From NCBI GenBank assembly GCA_036172245.1, contig JAYWIR010000023.1:1984001-2048000 (forward strand): a stretch of DNA of 64,000 nucleotides. The letters run 5' to 3'. This DNA is from Raillietiella orientalis. Its lineage: Eukaryota. The position numbers and the translations under genes are program-made. The notes under the pieces were generated by a model, which saw only the letters and a program-made list of their open reading frames with translations, did not search any database and was not told the DNA's origin. This document shows positions 11,520 through 22,596 of the stretch, piece by piece. Numbering within the stretch: position 1 is the stretch's first letter; each line of letters begins with the position of its first letter.

Positions 11520-12029
11520 ATGTGCTGATGGTAATCCAGGGGGTTTCAGAGTGGCAATGGTGTTATTAAGGGTTGAGAGTAAAGTTTTAGCTGGGATGCA
11601 ATGACGAAAGGGGCCAAATAAGGTAGGAATGGGAACAGTGCAGCCTTCAAGTGATGGATTGAATACTTGGGTAAGGGGTATCATGAATTGGTTAGTAGTA
11701 ATGAAATGAGTTATAAGTTGGGTCCTGTAATTAGGATGGGAGTGATGGTAGGTATGCGGTTGATTTATCCTAGGGATTGGGGCTTGATGAGAGGAATGAT
11801 AGGGTTGATGCTATTTGTGTGTTATTTGAGAGGGGGAATATATGGGATACTGATGAGTGGATGAGGAAGGAACAATAAGTATAGATACGTTGATGTGGTG
11901 CGTTCGATAGCTCCAATAATTTCTTATGAGGTTTACATAATTAACATTCATTGAAGATTCATGATATGATGGCTAAATGTGCGAGATGGGAGGTGAGGGA
12001 GAAGAATGAAAGGTTTAATTGTAATGTGA
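11520..12029 (+). pseudogene. nad1: Mitochondrial NADH dehydrogenase subunit 1, 5' half, frameshifted
   Basis: Invertebrate mitochondrial code gives ESKVLAGMQWRKGPNKVGMGTVQPSSDG and GWGSNNKYS...RSMAPMISYEV; frameshift at ~11660-11667. Confidence 0.9.
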
Positions 12030-12600
12030 TGTGCCCGTATCAGCAATGAGCTCCCATCTCTGACGCAGCCTCCCTCATTTCAGAGGTATGTGCGGGAGCA
12101 TTTCTCACTGTTCCGCTTCGGAGGCATTCCTTGGATACTTTCCCTGCCGAGTTGTGGTGGCGTTCCTCGTTTCGAGGGAGTGCCCTGTGCACCCAGCAGG
12201 ATGGCGGTCTGCAGGCACCGGAGAGAAAGCACAGAGGCGTCGACCAGGAGACACGGGATCTCGAAGCCCTTCTGGGGGATCTTCAGCGATTCCATCCGTC
12301 ATTGGTGACCCTGAGCTAGAACTTTTGGAGTGGTCTCGTTCGTCAGATGAGACGTTTTTCCGATGTCTGATGGGCTTAGTGACCTCCGAAATACGGCAGA
12401 TCGCCTCCCACGGCTGCAGGATCATCCCCTTCTTCTTGATCTCAACGATGAAGTAATGGACGCGTGACATCCTCAATGGTCGCACGTTGAGATCTGGAAA
12501 GTGTGCTAACCTCGTCCAGTATCCCTCAAAGAGGTAGTATTCCCAGACTGTTGTCAGGGGGGAGGGATTGGATTTTCCACCCGCATGCACATTTTCAGTT
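12030..12600 (+). mobile_element. Host LINE W: distal APE endonuclease half
   Basis: Starts CARISNELP (completes a GVAILxS-type motif), then GYFP, LLGDL (GDFN-like) and AR*DL (SRLD-like) in the correct order, with frameshifts. Confidence 0.55.
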
Positions 12601-12619
12601 TTTCTTGCCGCCAAACATT

Positions 12620-12755
12620 CTGTTTAGTGCGCGGCATGACGCCCACCCTTCGTGTACCTCCAGCAGCAACGCAATCGGGAGAAACTGAAAATGACTTAGA
12701 CCTCGCCATCGCTTGCGGTTGCGTGGGAGTTCTCACCCGGTCACGCCGGGGCGTT
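12620..12755 (+). mobile_element. Host LINE Y: proximal APE remnant ending ...VLTRSRRGV (continues at 19130)
   Basis: FVYLQQ (FLQE-like) ... IACGCVGVLTRSRRGV aligns with IAGGRLFVTRVRRGV of element X. Confidence 0.6.
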
Positions 12756-14670
12756 TATTAATAAACACTTTACATTTGCGGTACTAGGCCCCGCTACGGC
12801 CAATAGTTCATGGGACCTTCCAGGAAGCCGGTTCGCAGACCGGCTTGACTCTCCTCGGCAACGGGGGGGATAGAGGGTAACACAAAAAAGAAAAATAAAT
12901 GAAACAAACAAAAAAAAGAAACTATTTGGAGGGCTGGGAAGGGATCACTGCCCGCTGGAGGAAGAGACCATCCTTTCCAGGATGCCCTCGAGGTCCCTCG
13001 TCATAGCTCCCAGATGGGACCAGCCGATCGCGATTCGCAGGTAGCGACCCGCGTGTGCGATGAGATCCCTATCGCTGCTTCCTCTGTTTGCTGCGCTCCA
13101 CGCAGCCACAATCCCTCGGAGGCAGCAGAGCGCTGCCAGGGTTGAGGCTGGTGGCAGGGCGTCTCGCACGAAGAGGAGTCTCCCAACGTCTCTGGGGGGA
13201 CTGCCGACCGGCATCCGGAGGGTCGTAGCAAAACGGTTCCCACAAAGGCTGGAGGGCAGCGCAGTCTACTAACAGGTGGACTGCGCTGCCCCCCGACTTG
13301 TGGACTTCTCCCCGCACACTGCACACTTCTGTCCCACCTTCCTCAACGTCCAGTGGTGGCGGCGCGCGTTGCAGGGAAGACTCCAGTGCAACAGCAGCAG
13401 CGCCGATTCCTGCCACTTGAGGGGGAGGGTGGGTGTGTCTCTAAATGCCGGAGGCCACTTAAGTTCATCCAGCGGGATGCCCAGCAGCTCGCCCTATCTC
13501 TGAATTCCTCGCGGGAGAACGCTTGGGGTCGCGGCGTCAGCCAGTTCCCTCATGGTCCAACCGCTTAACAGCTTCTCCTTGCGCGCTATCCGGCAGGAGC
13601 CTTGCCACCTCGGCGTTCGGCTGCTGCCGAGCGCCCTCCTCAAGAAGGGCAGCGCCGTGGTCAGTGGGGTCGCCTCCGCCAACGTGCTTCTGGCGGGACA
13701 CTCGAGAATGTTCCGCAGCGTGAAGCGGGTGTAGATGCCGGGTCGCAGGCGGTTCCAGGATTCACCACTTTTCTGGTTCAGCTTCGTCCACGTGCTAACT
13801 GTTTCTTCCAGCCATGCGCTGGAGTTGGAGTGGCTGCAGGTCATCCACCCGGTCTCCTCGGCCAGGGTGGCCATGCGTCCGAGGAGAAGGCCTCATCTTC
13901 TTATTTTCCGGCCGGGGCAGAAGAAAAGAGGAGAGCCCTCCCGCTCTGGATACACTTCTGGTGAGGAGACGGGCCAGAACGCACCAATGGGTGCTCCAGT
14001 ACTTCGCCGCGATGGCCAAGGTTCGGCATCGCAGCAGAATTTCCATCCGCTCCAGCGTCAGGAGGCCGATGCCGCCATCCCGACGTGGAGCACACAAGTC
14101 CTGCAGAGGCACACGAGGCCTTCCGCTGCCCCACAGGGCGATGAGCAGGAGGTCCTTGGTTCTCTTCTTCATCTCGCGGGGTACGGGGCAAACAAAAAGC
14201 AGGGAGCGAAGGAGGGGAGGGGGGCGCGAACGCGTTCCACACCGCAGCCCGTTCCGGCAAGTGAAACTTGCCTTCCAGGAACGGGCCGATCGCCGACTCC
14301 ACTTTCCGGAGACGACCTGACCATGCTTCTGACTGGCAGAAGTCTCCCAACGGAACGCCAAGGTACTTTAAGTACTTCTCCGTGGGGATCCCCAGGCGAT
14401 CCAGTCAGGTCGTCCTGTGCACGTGGCACCAACCGCTACCACCGACGACTTCGACCTGTTCACCCGTAGTCCTGTCCCGCGGCTCAGCAATTCGAAGAAA
14501 TCCTCGACTGCCGAAGCCGAGGCGGACATGGGCAGCAGGAGCAGAAGATCGTCGGCATACGTCGGTGTGCCGGGGCACGAGCTCGGCAGGGCAGCCAATG
14601 TCGCCCTGTATGTTCTCAGCACCCATTCGAAAGAGGTGCTAAAGAACAGGGAACTCAGACTGTCACCCCG
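12756..14670 (-). mobile_element. Tx1/L1-family LINE 3' half (copy B): RT domains 4-7, thumb, CCHC zinc finger, 3' UTR
   Basis: RGDSLSSLFF, YADDLLLL, GLRVNRSKS, KYLGVPLG, CAPRRDGGIG, CAVCGEKSTSR/HLLVDC; stop at ~12945; AATAAA at the junction. Several frameshifts. Confidence 0.92.
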
Positions 14671-17268
14671 CTCGAGTCTTCCCGCTCGGGAGGCGCCCTG
14701 GCGCCCGCTATGGCGCAAGAAGTGTCTTCCGCCATAGCGGGCCTCAAGAAGCGTAAGGCACCAGGTGAGGATGGTCTGCCTGCGGAGTTCTTCCAGTGCT
14801 TCGCGGCGAAACTCATCCCCCTGGTGCTGAGGCTTTCTACGCTGATGCGAGAGACGGGCAATGTCCCGGCCTCGTTTCGCTCAGCAAGGGTGCGTCTGTT
14901 GCCGAAAGGCGGAGACATGCGCCAATTAAGCAACTGGAGTCCGATCACCTTGGTGAATTCGGACGTCAAGTTGTTCTCCAGGCTCTGGGTCGCGCACATA
15001 GGCAGGATCGCTGGATCCGTGGTAAGTCCGGAGCAGTCCTACGCTGTTCCCGGGCGGTCCGTGGAGGCGAACCTTTTCTTCGCGCGCACGTGGCAAGAGC
15101 TGCAGAGGTGCGTGGCGCACGACAGCCAGCGATCAGCAGCTGCGGCTGCCTCGCCTAGGCGAAGGTGCATTCGGCCTGAGGAAGCGCCGGTTGCCTTGGC
15201 GGTCGCGGTCGATCTCTGCAAGGCGTTCGACTGCGTGAATCAGGATCTCCTTCTGGAGCTCCTGGAACGCCTCGGTCTCCCGGTGCACCTCGTGGCCTAT
15301 TTGCGCGCTTGCTGGCACCACGCGCTGATTTCGATCTCTTTCAGCGGCTGCCACGTGTACGGCGTGCCGGTGCGGCGGGGCATCAGGCAGGGCGACAGCT
15401 TAAGTCCTTTGCTCTTCAGCATCTTCTTTCAGTTGGTGCTGAGGGCGCACAGTCTGACGCTGGCCAACCTGCCGAGCTCTTGTTCAGGAACGCCGTCCGT
15501 GGCGGCCTATGCTGACGACCTGCTTCTCCTTTTACCCATGACCACCCCGGCGTCCAGTCTCGAGGATTTCTTCGAGCTGATTCGCCGGGGAGCGGGCATG
15601 AGCGTAAACCGGAGTAAGAGCGTGGTCGTTCCTATTGGTGCAGCGTGGGAGGAGCAGTCCGACTGAATCCGCCTGGGGATCCCGACCGCTTCGTCCTTCC
15701 AATACTTGGGCGTTCCGCTGGGGAACGTCAGCCCAGTGGAAATGTGGTCGGACTGCCTTCGGAAGACTACGAGTGCTCTGAGCCCGTTCCACCATGGCAG
15801 GTTCCTCCTGTCGGAGCGGGCCGTGGTATGGAACACCTTCGTTGCCCCCTTCTTGCGCCCCCTGCTTTTTGTTTGTCCGCCAAGCTCCAGGAGCACAGCC
15901 TGTTGAGGAACGCTCTGTGGGGACCTGCGAGGTCCAGGATCCGCCTCAAAGACTTGGCGGCTCCGCGTCGGGATGCCGGCTTAGGCATTCTGACGCTGGG
16001 AAGAATCGAGATGCAGGTGCAGCTTCGAATGTTGGCCCTGTGCGCCAACCTTGTTCCACTCCGTGGTGCGCTCCCGCGCGCCTGCTCCTGCGGCGCTGCA
16101 CCGTCAGCGATGGACTTCTGTCGCTGCGGCCGCACACGGAGCGCGCCACGAGAAGCTTCGGTTTCCCCTTGAAACCGCTTTACCGGCTCCTGGCAGCCCA
16201 GGAATGGATCTCCTGCCGCCCAACGAACTTTGAAGGCTGGCGGCAGGAACCGTTGCATGCCTGGGCAAAGCACCAGGATGTTTCCCTCCTGGAACTTCGT
16301 TGCGCTCACCTGTCCCCGTATTGCACGGTGGACGAGGTGTGCAACAGCCAGGAGAAGTGGACTCGCCTGGCCGTCACGCCCCTCGCCGATGCGCTGTCAG
16401 CCCTCAGGGGAAGAGATGACAGCTGCGATCCGGCGAGATGGGAGGTCGCCTGCACCATCGCAGGAACAATACGACCTATTGGCGGCTGGAGGACTTGCGA
16501 GCTGGCAGACGCCGCCACGACTCGCATCATCCCGAAGGGACTCCTTCGGTGGAGTGAGCATTTGAGTGTGCCCCCCGAAGAACTCGTGGTCCCTCCCTCG
16601 TGCCTGAACACTTCTGTGTTCCCTCTAAACTGGAAACAGGACGTCATCATGCTGGTGCATTGGGGTTTTCACTCCAACCAGCGGACGAACCGTGTTTCCG
16701 GGGAAGTTGTCTCCCCGAACTGTAAGCGGTGCGGGGAAGTGGAAACGCTCCCCCATCTGCTCTTGGACTGCGGTGTCCTCGGAGGACTGTGGCGGAGGCT
16801 GGCCTCAGCTCTCCTGCTGCAGGGGGACACCGCAAGAGACTGGATGCGTCGCTTCTTCACGCCAGGCGGCCTGTCGTTAGGTGCGGTGGTCGCAACGGTC
16901 TGTTGCACCCACGCCATCGATAAGGCCCACCGAGAGTTGGAGAAGCAGGCGATTCGACGGCAGGCCACTGGAATAGCCGACGAGAACATGACGTCGGCTG
17001 TCGAGTGGGCCCATCTTCCAGAGGGCGTTAGGAGAGAGATCGCCGGCATCCATCGCCGGTTCTGAAAGGAAGGAACGGCCCAAGCCAAAGACCCCTATCC
17101 TCTCCCCTCCCCATATCTTTATTTGTATTTTTTATATGTGTATTTGCGGTCCCCTCCCTCCCGTTCCGGACTTTCGGTTTACCGACCTGCGTGTCGGGGA
17201 TCCCACCCCCTTCGTTTCTTCTGTGTCCTTCGTCTGGGAACTCTGTTCCTGGACAGTTTATTAATAAA
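14671..17268 (+). mobile_element. Tx1/L1-family LINE, 5'-truncated (copy A): full RT, thumb, zinc finger, 3' UTR; ORF2 disrupted
   Basis: KAPGEDGLPAEFF, NWSPITLVNSDVK, DLCKAFD, GIRQGDSLSPLLF, YADD, YLGVPLG, CKRCGEVETLPHLLLDC (16721-16771). Premature TGA at 15664 plus frameshifts. Ends AATAAA at 17263-17268 with no poly(A). Confidence 0.95.
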
Positions 17269-17479
17269 CGCCCCGGCGCACCCGGGTGACAAACAACCGA
17301 CCCCCTGCGATCCTCTCGATCTCCTGGACGTCTCTTGCGGTGATCGCGTGGATCTCCTGCAGGAACGCCAGGTCGAATTCTCGCAGTGTCGGCTGTATCT
17401 CGCCTGTTGCCGTCGTCGCTCAGCCCGTTGACATTCCAACAGGCCACGCAGATCCGACGGCGACAGGCGAGCCCAGGGG

Positions 17480-18960
17480 TTATTCCTGGGAAAATGGCAG
17501 TGAGGCTCCCGCCACCTGATCAGGCGGGACGGATGGAGGAGGGGGTGTATCGCGTACCGGTTCTCCCTCCTCCATGGGGGCCGATTGCGCTGCAGGACTC
17601 ATCGGTGGGAGTGGGAGGGTATCACCTACCTGCTCTTCCTCCTCCATGGGGTCCAATTCGTCGGCTGGGCCGGTTGGTGGAAGGGGGAGGTTGTCACCTA
17701 CCTGCTTCCCCTCTTCCATGGGGGTTGACAGCTGCTTGGTCACGGGGACTGGGACATTCCCTTCCTCCGTTCCCACGCTGCCGGCTTTCCCCCCGGCTGC
17801 CGGTGTGCCCTCCTCCTTCGTGGTCGGGATGCACCTCCTTGGATTCTTGGACTTCCGTCCTGTCTTCTTAGGAGGCGCCTCCGCGGAGGAGGACGCGCTT
17901 CCGGCATCCGGATCTTGGTCACCTGCCTGAGGTGCCTTCGACGCGGCCGGCCTTCGCAAGGCGTTTCGCGATGCCTTCCCACGGCCGACGAGTTCGGCCG
18001 CGAGCTCTTCCGCCGCCTGTTGGAAGGCGGCGTCCTCGATTAGGGCGAGCTCGTCGCACGGCTCCTCCTCTGTTTACACAGAGGGTTCGCCTTCGGGAAT
18101 CGCGGCTTCGACGCAAACGAGGCGGGGGATATCTCCCCCGGTGGCGGCCTCTAAGACCCCCCACGCTCTCCAAAGTGACCGAGCATTCGAGGAGCATTGT
18201 GCGGCGCTGTTTCCTATTTAAAGGCTTCGCCGCTGGCTCCGCTTTCGGGCCTTCGGATTTCTTAGTTTTCTTTGGCTTCACCGTCCGCCAGCCTTCGTTC
18301 TCACTAGCGTCGTCGGGAGTTTTCTCGATCGGCGTTTGCTGGAAGGGTTCGGGTTCTGGCTTCGGGGTTCGCCTTTCTAGTGCCTCTTTAGACTTTTTCG
18401 TATGCTCCGCGCATTGGCCATTGGCTTTTCAAAGCAGGGGGAGCAGGAGTTTTTCTTTTTGGGCACACTTTCCGGAGATGGTTCTTTTCTCCGCAGTGGA
18501 AGCACCGGATGTGAGGGCACCGTTTTTTCAGGTGACCTGTGGCATCACAGTATCCACAGTACTTGGGTACGTTTCGACGGGGAAGGACGAGTGAGACAAC
18601 TACCTGGTCACCAAGTGATCCGACTCTAGTGATCTCGCCGTCGGCAAGGCCGAGCGACCCAGAAGCAGCTAGAGCTCAGCTCTCCAGTGCACCGAAGCGC
18701 GAGTGGTTGGCTGGCTCGAGCGTGCGGAGAATCTGCCCTATAGCAGGAGATTTGACCATTTGACCATTTGCGGCAAGTGGACAGCTTGATATGGTCAACG
18801 AATCGCGTGCAAATTGTTGGCCGGAGTATCCGGATGGAAAAAGGCAAGGCCGCCTCTTCCTCGACGGTATTCCTCGCCTCGCCACTCCCCTGCGCTGGAG
18901 GATTGGTCACCGTGGCAAGGCGCAAACGACGCCGTCAGACCTTGTCGGATCGAGAAGGAA
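17480..18960 (-). pseudogene. ORF1 (gag-like) of element X with two CCHC zinc knuckles; frameshifted
   Basis: CGYCDATGHLKKRC and CFHCGEKNHLRKVC at ~18462-18558; Lys-rich then acidic/Pro-rich tail; stop at 17480 just ahead of ORF2. Confidence 0.85.
17525..17740 (-). repeat. Three 72-bp (24-aa) tandem repeats in the ORF1 tail
   Basis: CCATGGGG recurs at 17572, 17644 and 17716; PMEE...VGD.LPLPP units. Confidence 0.85.
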
Positions 18961-19129
18961 GCGCTGCCGCGTGGGAAAAGACCTTCTCTTTAGCGCGTGA
19001 CGTCACCAAAGCACTGGCACAACCTGCGGGAAGAGGAGGAACATCTCCGCGACTTCCTGAGAAGTTTCACCCCTCAGTGGCTCGAGGACTAGGATGAGAT
19101 GAAGCTCTCAGTCCGAGAGTTGTGCAGAA

Positions 19130-20360
19130 GCTCTACTGTGGACCAATTCCCCGCCAGCTTCGGCAAGGGAACACGCACAAGAGCACTTCCTCGCTTGCAC
19201 TTGGTCATGCCGGATCCTTTCTTACACACAGTTCCAGCCCTGTTCCGAGTCGGATTCCCTCGACTATAGAATTCTCAATCCACTCGAGAAATCACCACGT
19301 GCGCACTGAGTCGAAGTCTCCCAGCTTCTGAGGTAAGAGAGATCGAAACAGCTCGGAGCATCTTTGCTGCTTCCCTTTGCCGATCTCCCTTTTTTTGCTT
19401 ACCCGGAAGCTGTTGAGTACGCCATCAATTGATGCCGGATGCCGACCTCGACCCCCAAGGGACTCCTCGACCTCGGGCCACCGATGAACTTGCTTCTCCC
19501 GCGTCAGGACGCTGGTCTGACCTGCTATCCTTCGAACAGATGCAGACGCAAGCATCGTTCCAGAGGTAGGCTCCTCTGCAGAGAGGCTGTGAGAAATCCC
19601 ACCGGTATTTCCCTTCGCGCTCTTCGAGCACTTTCACGAGGAACTCATCCGAGTGCGAAGGACTCGCCTCGACCTCCCAGCACAGCCGCAGGCAAGAGAC
19701 AGGACCGCGCTGCTCGCCCCGCCCCGTCGCGATGCTGATAGACAATCGCAAGTGGGTATTCTATCGTCTAGTAAGCAGGAACTACTGGCTGCAAGGAAAC
19801 ACGGAGGTTATTGGAGAACCCATCGTCCCCAACAATAGCGACCTTGGTGTCTTGGCGATACTTCCCTGGACCCGCCTCCTAGTCTCGTCGCCAGATCCAT
19901 GTAGTCGTGTTCCCAAGTCTCGTTCCAACATTTGTAGAGGAAGGATGCCGTGGATCCTTTTGGAGCTTGGGAGGCAACCTGTAGGATCGAATGAGTTACT
20001 GAGCCTACCTTTAACGGAAGGCGACGCGGATGGAGAACGCAGACACGCTCAAAGACCTCGCTCATGGCTCCCAGGGGAGGATCGTTTTTCTTGGGACTTC
20101 CTGTGGAAGCTTTGAAATCCCGGGGATCGAAGACTGATCGACGACTCAGCCCTTCTCTTTCACTAAAAGTAGACTGCCCAACTTGCCAGAATAGTGGAAG
20201 CTCCCGCACAGTGAGGAATGCCAGTTTCTCGTTGCGTGGGAACACCTCAGCGGGAAGAGTTTTCAAGGATCATGCCCATTGCAGAATCCTGGAAGACAAT
20301 ACCGCATGTGCTGTTTGAATGCTCTGGGAGCACTCATGGCTAGGGGTGTCTCGCATTTCA
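19130..20360 (+). mobile_element. Host LINE Y: distal APE half and ORF2 linker
   Basis: Starts GCT CTA CTG TGG ACC (ALLWT); later TFTR...RTRLD, YRLVS...IVPNNSDL (SDH-like), WDFLWK, ALGALMAR. Confidence 0.65.
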
Positions 20361-21739
20361 CTCCTTCCCATGTTGTCGCCAGGACTTTAGAGGGATATTC
20401 ACTTCTTTAGACTTACCGGTTGCTTCCTTGCTGGCTATCCTCTGATATGGGAGAGCAGCGCTGCCCACCAAAGTGGACGAAAAAGCAATCATTTGTAATC
20501 GTCATCGCCTATATGTGAAGGGCAGTGAGATGACCCAATAGGGGATGTGAGTATTAAGGGGAACCTTCGGACGATTGTGGGCAGATTGATCTGATACCGG
20601 TGAGCACACATCCCCACCTTTTCTATTTCTCCTTTATCCGACAGAGGCCTTCAAGAATCATATTACTAAGTATCGAGATCTGAATCAAAAAAATAAATAA
20701 ATAGGGAAGGGCATCTGCTGTATCTTCTCTCCCTGCATTCTTCCCTAGCTCTTTCTCCTGTGCGGTAGTTCCCTTAGGTACTCATCCATACAATGAAGGG
20801 ACAACCCCCCCCTCCTTTGCGTGAAACCCATTCGAAAGTCAGTTGTTTACAAAGATCAGAGCAAAAGAAGAGAACACATTAAAAAAGAAAAGGGGATCAT
20901 TGGTGTGGAAAACTGCATGTCTTCTGCACCTTCGAGACGTCTGAACTAGGGTGAGGCCATCTCGCTGCGTTCTTCATCAAGAAAGCTGCAATGCAAGTGG
21001 CCTCCCGTCGCTGCTGGCGAAGCTGCAGCTGGCAGCAGGTCTCGCGATCACATCTGCGGCCGAGAGTATCCTCCCCCGCGCGAAGGAACGACGTAACGAG
21101 TCCCAAGGTGCGTGGACCGGATTCAGGAGCGCTGTGTGTGTGTGTGCTTTTTTCTCCTGTCCATTCGCGTGCGCATGCAGCCGACGGTACCGCAGCTCCA
21201 TCGGCAGATGTCCGAACGGTTCGATCGTCTCGCTCCCGGTGCAGCTCGGGGAGACGCCCCTCCCGCACACGAAACGCCAAGCAAATAAAGAAATGAGTGA
21301 AAGAGGAAGAAGCGGGTCTCAACACTCCGATTCGTCCCTACCAGTGTCACAGAGTAAGTCTCGGAGTTTCTCCGCCGTCTCCTGACGGTTTGCTGAGTCT
21401 GCCAGCTCTTGCAGAGGTCGTCACATTCTGCTGGTAGCTCTTTACTCAAGAGAAGCAGCCCAAGATCGACCCTGGGATTGTCGGTATGGTTTTTCACCCG
21501 GTTTTGCCGGGACATTTGTTATAAAAATAAGAAATGTACATTTTTGTGGCAGAACTCTTGGTTCTACCACGTACAAAAGCTGCCTTCCACTTGCCACTCG
21601 GGGTTGGACCCGGAAACACAAGGAGGGAGAAGGATGGCAAAGCAAAGCAAAGCAAAGACAAATAAAAAAAGTTAAAAAGTTGTCTGTCTGGGGTAGTTAG
21701 GAAGAAGTCACTGTGTGTTTCCCGCAATACCCTGTTCAT

Positions 21740-22596
21740 CCACTAAGGGATGCTAGCAAGTTGGCGTTTTTCGACTCCCAGATGGGGGTGATCCTCGGAA
21801 AGAGTTTCGTCCAATAGATGACACCTCTGTTGGGCTACTCTCCATGCCGCCACCATTCCTCGCATGCAGCAAGCAGCTGCAAAACACGCGGCTCGCGGCA
21901 GCGAAGAGGCGCTTCAACATGTTTCTGGAATTGCTCTCAGGAGTCCAGAGGACCGTCGAAAAATGCTCCCACAGGGGTCGGAGGGCAACACAGCCAAGAA
22001 GCAGGTGCGGGAGAGTTTCGTTTTCTCTGCATTCGTCGTACTCAGCATCCTCACTCCCCAGAGTCCAGTGATAGATGCGTGCTTTGCATGGAATACCCCA
22101 ATGCAAGAGAAGCTATGCCGTCTCCAGCCACTTCAGAGGAGGGATGGTGGTGCAGTTGTCCTGCAGATCAGAGACCACATCAGAGATCCTCGAGGAGCCC
22201 CCAGCAGCTCGTCCCGCACGATAGGGACATCATCTGCTCCGCCCTGCGCTTCCTGAGGACGGCAGCCGGATGGTCCCATCTGGGACGTATGCGGACTGAA
22301 CTTGCCGGCATCCTGGAAAGGATGTAGAGGACGACCCCAGCGGAACGTGATCCCTTCCCCAACCCCTCCCTGCTTTTGTAAGTAGTGTTTTCTTTTTTTG
22401 TTTTTATTTGTCCTTTCCCCCTCCGCTGCCGAGTCGAACTCGCCGGCCTGAGCACTGGCTACTCGGCAAGTTCAGAGTTTTTCTCGAACGCTGTAGGGGC
22501 AATGGCCCTACACATGCTTGTTTGTTTTTTTTTTCACAAAAATAAACGCCCCGGCTCACCCGGATGTAAAAGCAGCTCGTCCCAGAAGAGAAGTTC
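21740..22596 (-). mobile_element. Host LINE Z: APE remnant split by copy C (22545-22596 and 21740-21822)
   Basis: SGTSCFYIRVSRGV | VIYWTKLFPRITPIWESKNANLLA. Confidence 0.6.
21823..22546 (+). mobile_element. Tx1/L1-family LINE 3' end (copy C) with 5' inversion (21827-~22197 inverted)
   Basis: Plus strand 22198-22327 QQLVPHDRDIICSALRFLRTAAGWSHLGRMRTELAGILERM*, then UTR and AATAAA at 22541-22546. Minus strand LHWG...ETLPHLLLGC...CCMRGMVAAWRVAQQ is the directly preceding part of ORF2. Confidence 0.85.

Larger units (their letters stand above)
10118..12029 (+). pseudogene. NUMT: nuclear copy of animal mitochondrial DNA (12S-16S-nad1)
   Basis: Abrupt switch to AT-rich, C-poor sequence carrying mitochondrial rRNA and ND1 motifs, all on one strand in the order rrnS-rrnL-nad1. 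Confidence 0.9.
17267..19129 (-). mobile_element. Tx1/L1-family LINE 5' half (element X): 5' UTR, ORF1 and APE N-terminus; probably the same element as copy B
   Basis: ORF2 start ICVACWNVNGL...FDLAFLQEIH...LFVTRVRRGV, cut by copy A; ORF1 lies upstream; same strand and collinear with copy B. Confidence 0.88.

Noticed and set aside
12756..17268. Copies A and B as a twin-priming inversion of one RNA
   Set aside because: They overlap over ~2 kb of homologous, clearly diverged sequence and each has its own 3' end.
17269..17290. CCCGG-cgcac-CCGGG as the LINE's own 3' stem-loop
   Set aside because: It is in frame with the APE of the opposite-strand element, and the motif rejoins across empty sites, so it is better explained as the target.
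19808..20266. LRR-like ORF (LPAEVFPRNEKLAFL) on minus
   Set aside because: Single unit, lying antisense to the APE/linker of host Y.
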